From Polaromonas sp. YR568 (GTDB lineage: Bacteria; Pseudomonadota; Gammaproteobacteria; Burkholderiales; Burkholderiaceae_C): a stretch of DNA of 64,000 nt. Below the pieces are notes generated by a model. The model did no database searches, had not been told where the DNA came from, and saw only the letters and a list, made by a program, of their open reading frames with translations. Shown piece by piece: positions 57,263-64,000 of the stretch; the first letter of the stretch is position 1; each line of letters begins with the position of its first letter. The DNA lies in the NCBI RefSeq assembly GCF_943371715.1, contig NZ_CALRVW010000021.1, forward strand, positions 2,254 to 66,253. The letters are read 5' to 3'. The position numbers were made by a program, and so were the translations under genes.

Positions 57263-57919
57263 TCAGTGAATCTGGGCCAGGTGCACAGGTGCCACCGGCG
57301 GCAAGACGGCGACACGGTTCACCAATTCACGCACGCCACTGGAGCCGGTTTTTGCACACAGGCTGCGCACATGGCTGCGGACCGTGGAAACGGCAACCTT
57401 CAGCTGGACGGCAATTTCGGGTGTGCTCAAGCCCCGGCACAAAATGGCCAAAACCTGCTCTTCCGTCTGGGTCAGCCCGTAACTGCGCGCAAAAAAGCCA
57501 AACATGCCGGATTCGCAGACCTCGGAACGCGCAAAAAACAGGGCAATGCGAACATTCCAGGCATCGGCGTCAGGCTTGAGGGGCACGACGGCCAGCGTCA
57601 GGGTCAGCCCACCGCCAGACACATTGATCAGGCTGCGCTTGCCGGCCACCGCCATGCTCAAGGCGTGTTGAAGGGTTCGGCTGTCTGCTGACGTCACGGC
57701 ATGAATCTCCCCATCCAGCCGGTCGAGCACGCGATGGCGACTCAGTTCTGTGCGAGCCACCCTGTTGGCGTGGATGATCCGGCCGTGCTCGCCCACCACT
57801 ATGACGCCGTGGCCCAGCACGTCAACCAGCAAGGACAGCACATCCGGACCTGCGTCCGGACGTTTCGCGTCCAAGGGCAAGGAAGCATCCAGGAATCCGG
57901 CGGTCAACAGATTGTTCAT
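57263..57919 (-). CDS. PAS-like + LuxR-type HTH regulator
   Basis: YGLTQTEEQVL..G...EIA..L.VAVSTVRSHVRSLCAKTG. Confidence 0.88.
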   Translation of the reverse strand: MNNLLTAGFLDASLPLDAKRPDAGPDVLSLLVDVLGHGVIVVGEHGRIIHANRVARTELSRHRVLDRLDGEIHAVTSADSRTLQHALSMAVAGKRSLINVSGGGLTLTLAVVPLKPDADAWNVRIALFFARSEVCESGMFGFFARSYGLTQTEEQVLAILCRGLSTPEIAVQLKVAVSTVRSHVRSLCAKTGSSGVRELVNRVAVLPPVAPVHLAQIH

Positions 57920-57998
57920 CTTCAGGGCTTAGCTGTTACAGGTTGTTAAGCGTATGAAGCCTGCCTGTTTCTGGATAGTGAATATGGGACCTCTTTTT

Positions 57999-58014
57999 TG
58001 TGAACAAAGTCACA
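57999..58014. promoter_or_regulatory. Perfect CRP box TGTGA-N6-TCACA
   Basis: TGTGA ACAAAG TCACA, 80-95 bp upstream of the luxR-crp operon start. Confidence 0.85.
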
Positions 58015-58147
58015 ACTCCATGAAGCGTCACCGTATTCGCAGATCGAATCTGACGGACCCGTATAACCGCCCTATACGCTTTGACCTTTAGAACTCAAAG
58101 CCAGAGATAGAAGTGGGTGCAAACTTTCCAAAAAAAAAACCGCAAGC

Positions 58148-61100
58148 TCAGACCCACGTGTCGAGGATGGCACTGGTTTTAGCCCAGTAGGTCTGCAGCC
58201 TTTCCAGCTGCTGCGGGGCGTTGGCCGGGATCTCGCCGGTTTTTGCCACCAGTTCCAGCTCACTGCACACGGTCTGCATGGCCACGGCGCCGACGTTGCT
58301 GGTAGCGCCTATGAGGGCATGGGTTGCCCACGCCAAGGCGGCAGCGTCGCCGGCACGGATGCTCTCTTCAACGGCGCGCAGGCGCTGGGAGGCATCGGCG
58401 ACAAACAGGCCGATCACCTCGCGCGTCATGGTCAGCGCATCGTCGTCGAATTCCTTGAACTGGGCCAGCCGCTCCAGATCCATCAGCACGGGATCAACTG
58501 CAGGCAAGAGATCGCTTTTGGGCGTCGGCAGCAATGCCTGCGGCCCGGCGGCGGCGCCCTGGCTGCGCACCAGCGGCGCCGTTGCAAATCCACCAGAGCC
58601 TCCCGCAGCGGCCGTCATCATGGGCAGCCACCGCTCCAGCGCCTGGGCCAGCGCGGCGACATGCAGCGGTTTGGTCAGGTAGTCGTCCATGCCCGCCGCC
58701 GTGCAGCGGGCACGGTCTTCGGGGGAGGCGGCCGCGGTCAGCGCAATGATGGGGGGCGCCTTCCCGCCCATCATGGCCTGAATTTGCTGGGTCGCCTGAA
58801 AGCCGTTCATGCGCGGCATGTTGATGTCCATCAGCACCGCACCAAAGCGCCAGCCCGCCCCGTGGGCACGAGCCACGGCCTGCACCGCCTCGCGCCCATC
58901 CAGCGCGGTGGCCGTGTGGTAACCCAGCTTGGCCAGCATGGCGCAGGCCACCTTGAGGTTGACAGCGTTGTCGTCCACCACCAGCAAGGTCAGGTTTTTC
59001 GCAGCTGCCAGGCCTTCGGCGGTGGTTGATTCCGAGGGCAGCTTCTGGATGCCAGGCACCGACAGGCAGCGTGCCAGCGCGTCGAACAATTGGCGCTGCC
59101 GGACGGGCTTGAGCAGCCGCGCCTCGAACAAGCGGGCGGCCTCATGGCCTGGCGGCATGAAACCGGACGTCAGCAGCACCAGCGGTATCCCCCCCAGCGG
59201 CGCCGTGGCCTTGATGACGCGGGAAAGCGCCACGCCATCCATGTCAGGCATGTGCATGTCGGTGATGATGATGTCCGGCAGCACGCCCCCGCTTTGCGCC
59301 AACGCCAGCGCCTGCAAGGCCTGGGCGCCCGACTCGGCGGTAGTCACCTGCATGCCCCACAGCTGGAGCTGTCGCGTGAGGACCCGGACATTGGTGACGT
59401 GGTCGTCCACCACCAGCGCGCGTTTCCCATGGAGGGCGGCCGCATCGACACTTGCAGCCGCAGGCGGCAGTTCGGCCGGCGGTGCCTGGATCGTGAACCA
59501 GAAGGTGGATCCCTTGCCCGGCACGCTGTCCACACCGATGTCGCCGTCCATGAGTTCGACCAGCCGCTTGCATATCGCCAGCCCCAGGCCGGTGCCGCCG
59601 TACTTGCGCGTGGTGGAAGCATCTACCTGAGTGAAGGCCTGGAACAGCGCCCCCACGCGGTCAGGCGGTATGCCTATGCCGGAATCGGACACGCGGAATT
59701 CGACGCGCACCCGGGCCGGGTCATCGGGGTTGGGCAGGGAATGCGCACTCACGGTCACTTCACCTTTTTCCGTGAATTTGACGGCGTTGTTGATCAGGTT
59801 GATCAACACCTGCCGGATCCGCGTCACGTCCCCGGAGACCGCTGCCGGCAGGGCAAGTGAGTCGTTGCCCACGGCTTCCGGCACGTCCACGATCAGTTCC
59901 AGGTTTTTTTCCCGGGCGCGGGGCGCGGCAATGTCGCAGGCCTCCTCGATCGCACTGCGCAGGCTCAGGGGCTCAGACTCCAGGTCCAGCTTGCCGGACT
60001 CGATCTTCGAGAAATCCAGAATATCGTTGATGACGGCCAGCAACTGATCGCTCGACAGGCGGATGGTCTGCAGGTAGTCGCTCTGTTCGTCGTCCAGCGC
60101 GGTCTCGGCGAGCAGGGTACTCATGCCCACCACGCCATTCAGGGGGGTGCGTATCTCGTGGCTCATGGTCGCGAGAAATGCGGCTTTGGCCCGGGCTGCC
60201 TGCAAGGCCTCTTCACGCGAGGCGAGCAGCTCGATCGTGCGCTGCGCCACCCGCTCCTCCAGACGCTCGTTGGCCTCTTCAATCACCCGGGCTTTGGCCT
60301 GCACCTCGGCACGGTAATGCTTCAGCTGCTCGGCGCTGGAGTGCATCACGCGCGAAAGCTCCATGACTTCCCGCAGATGCGTGCCGCTGTCAATGCGCGG
60401 CACTTCACCCCTTCCGAGCTTTTGCGCAGCCACGCTCAGGCGCTTGAGCCGGCGCCCGATGCGGTTGGCAACATAAAACGCCGCGGCCGCCCCGAACAGG
60501 ACCAGCGCGCCAATGAGGGCCAGGGACACCTTCCAGGCACGCGTGATCTCAGCGGTGAAATCGCTCTCCGGTGCGGCCACCACCAGGGTCCAGCGCAAGC
60601 CCGCTGATTCGCCGAAGGGGCGCTGCACCATCAGCAGGGTGCCGTCCTGCAGCGGCAGCCGCTGCAACGCAGTGTTGACGGCCACCGAATCCTCGCGCTT
60701 GCGCGCCTGCTCGCGCTGCAGCGCCGCAAAACTTTCGCGGATCACCGGGTTCGCGCTGTGCTGGGGACTTCGCCGCGCAGACTGCCCCGGCGCGTAGTCG
60801 AACAAGGGGTCCCCGGCAGAGCCGGCAACCAGCCACCCCTGCTCGTCCACCACGAAAGCCGCCCCGCGTGCGCTGATGCGCTGCGTTTGCAGCAGGTCGG
60901 CCAGCCGCTGCAGATACAGGTCCACGCCAAATACGCCTGCGGCGCCGCCGTCTGCGTCGTAAACAGGCTGGGAAAGCGTCACGAACAGTTGCGGTTTCCC
61001 GGGCACCACCTGAATCGGGGAGAACACGCGGCCCTTGGCGACCAGCGCCCCCTGGTACCAGCCCCTGGTGCGGGGCTCGAAATGGGTCTGGGCAACCGCC

Positions 61101-61600
61101 AGGGGGCGGCTGCGGTCGCCGGGCCGGCGCGCAGTGAAGGCCTGAAGACCGGTGTCGGCAGGGGTGCGGAGCTGCACCGTCGTGCCGCTGCTTGCGTGTT
61201 CCACCGAAAAATACTCGCCCCGGCTGTTGCCGTAATACAGGTGGGGCACGTCCGCAGACTGCCTGCCCAGCGCGAACGCCATGGGCTCAAAGGCCGCGCT
61301 CTGGCGCAGCCAGTCCCGGGCCTGCTCGGTCTGGGTGGTGCTCAGGCGCTCGGGAAACAGGCCGTTCAGGATGGTGTGCGCCTGCCCCAAATGGGCTTCC
61401 GTTCCTGACTGCACCCTGGCCGCTACGTTGAACAAAATTCCCCCGGCCAGCTCCTGCACCGCCTGGTCACTGCTGCGCGCCATGAGCCAGGCTACCAGCC
61501 CCGCCGGCACGAGCGCAAACACCAGCAAACTGGCCACCAGGATCCGGCTCAGGGAAACCGTTTTTCCTGGCATGGTGCTGCGGTCTGCCGACACACCCAC
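58148..61600 (-). CDS. Hybrid sensor kinase (Cache-HAMP-HisKA-HATPase-REC-REC-Hpt)
   Basis: [25 protein letters not shown], two REC domains, C-terminal HALIG Hpt. Confidence 0.94.
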   Translation of the reverse strand: MGVSADRSTMPGKTVSLSRILVASLLVFALVPAGLVAWLMARSSDQAVQELAGGILFNVAARVQSGTEAHLGQAHTILNGLFPERLSTTQTEQARDWLRQSAAFEPMAFALGRQSADVPHLYYGNSRGEYFSVEHASSGTTVQLRTPADTGLQAFTARRPGDRSRPLAVAQTHFEPRTRGWYQGALVAKGRVFSPIQVVPGKPQLFVTLSQPVYDADGGAAGVFGVDLYLQRLADLLQTQRISARGAAFVVDEQGWLVAGSAGDPLFDYAPGQSARRSPQHSANPVIRESFAALQREQARKREDSVAVNTALQRLPLQDGTLLMVQRPFGESAGLRWTLVVAAPESDFTAEITRAWKVSLALIGALVLFGAAAAFYVANRIGRRLKRLSVAAQKLGRGEVPRIDSGTHLREVMELSRVMHSSAEQLKHYRAEVQAKARVIEEANERLEERVAQRTIELLASREEALQAARAKAAFLATMSHEIRTPLNGVVGMSTLLAETALDDEQSDYLQTIRLSSDQLLAVINDILDFSKIESGKLDLESEPLSLRSAIEEACDIAAPRAREKNLELIVDVPEAVGNDSLALPAAVSGDVTRIRQVLINLINNAVKFTEKGEVTVSAHSLPNPDDPARVRVEFRVSDSGIGIPPDRVGALFQAFTQVDASTTRKYGGTGLGLAICKRLVELMDGDIGVDSVPGKGSTFWFTIQAPPAELPPAAASVDAAALHGKRALVVDDHVTNVRVLTRQLQLWGMQVTTAESGAQALQALALAQSGGVLPDIIITDMHMPDMDGVALSRVIKATAPLGGIPLVLLTSGFMPPGHEAARLFEARLLKPVRQRQLFDALARCLSVPGIQKLPSESTTAEGLAAAKNLTLLVVDDNAVNLKVACAMLAKLGYHTATALDGREAVQAVARAHGAGWRFGAVLMDINMPRMNGFQATQQIQAMMGGKAPPIIALTAAASPEDRARCTAAGMDDYLTKPLHVAALAQALERWLPMMTAAAGGSGGFATAPLVRSQGAAAGPQALLPTPKSDLLPAVDPVLMDLERLAQFKEFDDDALTMTREVIGLFVADASQRLRAVEESIRAGDAAALAWATHALIGATSNVGAVAMQTVCSELELVAKTGEIPANAPQQLERLQTYWAKTSAILDTWV

Positions 61601-61603
61601 TGG

Positions 61604-62722
61604 TCAGGCGAGCGCCAGGCCCAGCAACTCGGCGGCATCGATGGCGGCCGTGCGGCCGGGCAGCGATACCAGCGCTCGCCCCCCGGTGTTCACCGCGCCC
61701 GTGACGCCGCGCAGCATGGCCACACTGGCTGCAATCTGCCAGCCCGCCTTGTGCGCCTGCTTTTGCAAAAGCAGGGTGGCGCTCACCGTGTCGCCCACCG
61801 GCAGTATCTGCACACTGCCATGCAAAGGGTCTTCGAGCCTGGCCAGCGCCACAGGGCCGCTGTTCAAGGCCACACTGACATCAAAACGCGGCAGCCTTTG
61901 CCCGGGAAAATGGGTATTGAGAAACTGCTGCACCCGTTTGGCGGCGTCAATCAGGCCCAGGGCGGCCCGGGCGGCGCGCAACCCATGGTTGACCGAGGTC
62001 GTATCCGTGCTGTCGACAAAAACGACCAGCAGGCCCTCGCCGACAAACTGCATGTGGCGCGCGCCAAACAAATGCACGGTGTCGCCGGCGTTGTTGTAGA
62101 ACTGGCGCACCACATCGCTCAACTCCGTGCTGGAGAGTTTTTCGGCCAGCCCCGCGTAGTTGAGAACGTCGACGAACAGGACGGTGGCATTCGAGAACTT
62201 TTCGTCCTGGCTCGATGCATCCGCCGCAGGCCACTTGTCGCTCAGCTCGGAGGCCAGTTTTTTCTCATACAGCCGGGCCAGGTGCTGCTTCTGGTCTTCC
62301 AGGGCAGCCTGCACCGCGGCTTCTACCGCCATGACCTGGACGGCCGCCTGCATGTGTCGCTTGTTCAGCTGGGCCGCCGCAGCCTCGCGCAACTCGCCGG
62401 GGCGGAAGGGTTTGGTGATGTAGTCGTCGGCGCCGCTGGTCATGCCGATGCGCATATGGGCCCGCTCCTGCAGCGAGGTCAGCAGGACCACAGGCGTGGC
62501 CAGGATGGCCGGATCGGCACGCAGGGCCTGCAGCATCGCAAACCCGTCCATCACCGGCATCTGCACATCGCTGATGACCAGGTCCGGCCTGTTCTGGCGC
62601 ACCAGCTCGAGCCCGGACAGACCGTTGTCGGCCGACAACACGTCGTACCCGTCTTTCCGGAGCACCGATGCCACCAGCGTGCGCGTGGCGGCATCGTCTT
62701 CCATGACCACTATCAGAGGCAT
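61604..62722 (-). CDS. Response regulator with degenerate class III cyclase output domain
   Basis: REC (MEDD, SDVQMPVMDG, KPF), then TVLFVDV, FVGEG, GDTVSATLLL (catalytic N and R absent). Confidence 0.85.
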   Translation of the reverse strand: MPLIVVMEDDAATRTLVASVLRKDGYDVLSADNGLSGLELVRQNRPDLVISDVQMPVMDGFAMLQALRADPAILATPVVLLTSLQERAHMRIGMTSGADDYITKPFRPGELREAAAAQLNKRHMQAAVQVMAVEAAVQAALEDQKQHLARLYEKKLASELSDKWPAADASSQDEKFSNATVLFVDVLNYAGLAEKLSSTELSDVVRQFYNNAGDTVHLFGARHMQFVGEGLLVVFVDSTDTTSVNHGLRAARAALGLIDAAKRVQQFLNTHFPGQRLPRFDVSVALNSGPVALARLEDPLHGSVQILPVGDTVSATLLLQKQAHKAGWQIAASVAMLRGVTGAVNTGGRALVSLPGRTAAIDAAELLGLALA

Positions 62723-62797
62723 TTTTATCCCAAGCATTGACCGAAACGCGATCAACCCCCTAGCTTACACAATTAGTTACCGAGTAAGAAGTTTTGA

Positions 62798-63724
62798 CTA
62801 AGGCGTGCGCGCACTTTTACATGGCTCGCCCTCGATCAGCGCCAAGCTTGCATCCATGACCTGCGGCAAAAACGCAAGTTGTACGTGAGCGGCACCGTGC
62901 ACCAACCGGTTGTCAGCACCGGAAAGCGTCGCGGTGGAGCTTGGAAACACGATATTGTCGCAATTGGAATACCAGCAGGTGAACAGGGTATGGCGATGCG
63001 ACGGCATGTCCAGGTCCAGCGCCTGGTGCCACGGTCCGGACAGTTGCATCTGGCGGCCGTTGGTGACAAGGCTGAAACGGGCCAGCCAGGTCCCCCGATG
63101 CGGCGTCCCGATGGTCACCACATGGCAGACCCGCGCCTCGGCTTTCATGATCCTGAGCCAGGCACGGGCGGCCAGACCCCCCATGCTGTGGCACACGAGC
63201 ACCGGCGGCAGGCCGGTCGCCGCCGTCACGCGCTGAACCGCGTCGTCGATCAGCGGCGCGTAGTCGTCTATGGAGGCAAAGGGCGGCTCCAGGTTGAGGG
63301 CGACAAAAGCATGGCCCGTCCCTTGAAGCCGCTCCAGCCAGGGCGTCCAGAAGCCCCGGTTGCAGAAAAATCCATGAATGAACACGACCCCGCGCCGGCC
63401 TTTTTCGACAGCGTCCAACGACAACTGATCGGGAACAGCCTGGGAGCGAAAAGGTTGGCGCCAGCAAAAAACCCGGGGCGCCACGAGCGTCTCACCCAAC
63501 CAGGCAGCAGCGAGCTCTTTCCACGCAGGACGCGGCACGGGGTCGGCCCGATTGATGAAGCGCAGCGCCACAAACTCCAGGGCCAGAAAACCCGAGTAGC
63601 CGAGCACCAGGACCGCAAAACCGGCCAGGGCCAGCAGCGCCGAGCTCTCCCAGAAAAACACCAGCCATCCGGTCGCGGCCACAAGCAGCGACACCGTGAT
63701 GAGTTGCTGAAGGCGTGCCAGCAT
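62798..63724 (-). CDS. Alpha/beta hydrolase (lipase/esterase-like) with N-terminal TM segments
   Basis: FIHGFFCN, CHSMGG, TIGTPHRGT, D and H at the C-terminus. Confidence 0.88.
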   Translation of the reverse strand: MLARLQQLITVSLLVAATGWLVFFWESSALLALAGFAVLVLGYSGFLALEFVALRFINRADPVPRPAWKELAAAWLGETLVAPRVFCWRQPFRSQAVPDQLSLDAVEKGRRGVVFIHGFFCNRGFWTPWLERLQGTGHAFVALNLEPPFASIDDYAPLIDDAVQRVTAATGLPPVLVCHSMGGLAARAWLRIMKAEARVCHVVTIGTPHRGTWLARFSLVTNGRQMQLSGPWHQALDLDMPSHRHTLFTCWYSNCDNIVFPSSTATLSGADNRLVHGAAHVQLAFLPQVMDASLALIEGEPCKSARTP

Positions 63725-63749
63725 GGGAGGAGCCTGCGCCGGTTGCGGC

Positions 63750-64000
63750 TCAGGCCAGGGCGACGTCGCGCCCCGCGAGCCTTTTGACCAGTCCCTGCGC
63801 CAGCCGGTTCACGGTGCCGTAAATGGACAACTGAGGGTTGGCACCAATGCTGGTGGGGAAAATCGATCCATCGTGAACCGACAGGTTGTCCAGCTGCCAG
63901 TGCACACCATCAGGCCGCGTCACGCCCCGCTTTTCGTCGCCGCCCAGGCCGCAACCTCCCATCACGTGCGCACTCACGACCTTGGTGAGCAGCGGCTTCA
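63750..64000 (-). CDS. GMC-family oxidoreductase, C-terminal end only (runs off the window)
   Basis: SAHVMGGC, DGSIFPTSIGANPQLSI. Confidence 0.85.
   Translation of the reverse strand, partial: KPLLTKVVSAHVMGGCGLGGDEKRGVTRPDGVHWQLDNLSVHDGSIFPTSIGANPQLSIYGTVNRLAQGLVKRLAGRDVALA

Noticed and set aside
62737-62755. TTGA-N11-TCAA resembling an FNR box
   Set aside because: Spacing does not fit TTGAT-N4-ATCAA.
1-64000. CRISPR arrays, tRNA, rRNA, dif site at the prophage ends
   Set aside because: No regularly spaced repeat-spacer array, cloverleaf or XerC/XerD dif consensus was seen by eye.

Overview
GC-rich betaproteobacterial chromosome segment (Comamonadaceae-like; inferred from gene order and style). 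Left to right: (1) the tail of a flagellar/chemotaxis operon (cheR-cheD-cheB-cheY-cheZ-flhB-flhA-flhF-flhG), in which FlhF carries a ~380-aa C-terminal extension that aligns by eye with an entire IS4/Tn5-type transposase with degenerate catalytic aspartates, and FlhG has lost its ATPase lysines; (2) three tandem degenerate EAL-HDOD paralogs that share a promoter architecture; (3) a two-component signalling block with 9-bp-periodic AATT arrays in two promoters; (4) housekeeping genes ygjP-like, plsC, gmhB, glyS and glyQ; (5) a complete ~10.1-kb filamentous prophage (inovirus) inserted in the glyQ promoter, apparently by its own small serine recombinase at a 26-bp hix-like site. The crossover creates the repressor stop codon, and the phage also has a triple operator, a hairpin origin and a duplicated coat gene; (6) transport and metabolic genes (symporter, amidohydrolase, lnt, corC, sulfatase/Bug/MarR, GNAT, Lrp, hppD, phhA); (7) a cyclic-nucleotide module: hybrid kinase plus REC-pseudocyclase, then a perfect CRP box ahead of luxR-crp-protealysin-cyclase/STAND ATPase, converging on a methyltransferase and an unknown gene. 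No CRISPR array, rRNA or tRNA was seen. All alignments were done by eye against remembered family motifs; no searches were run.
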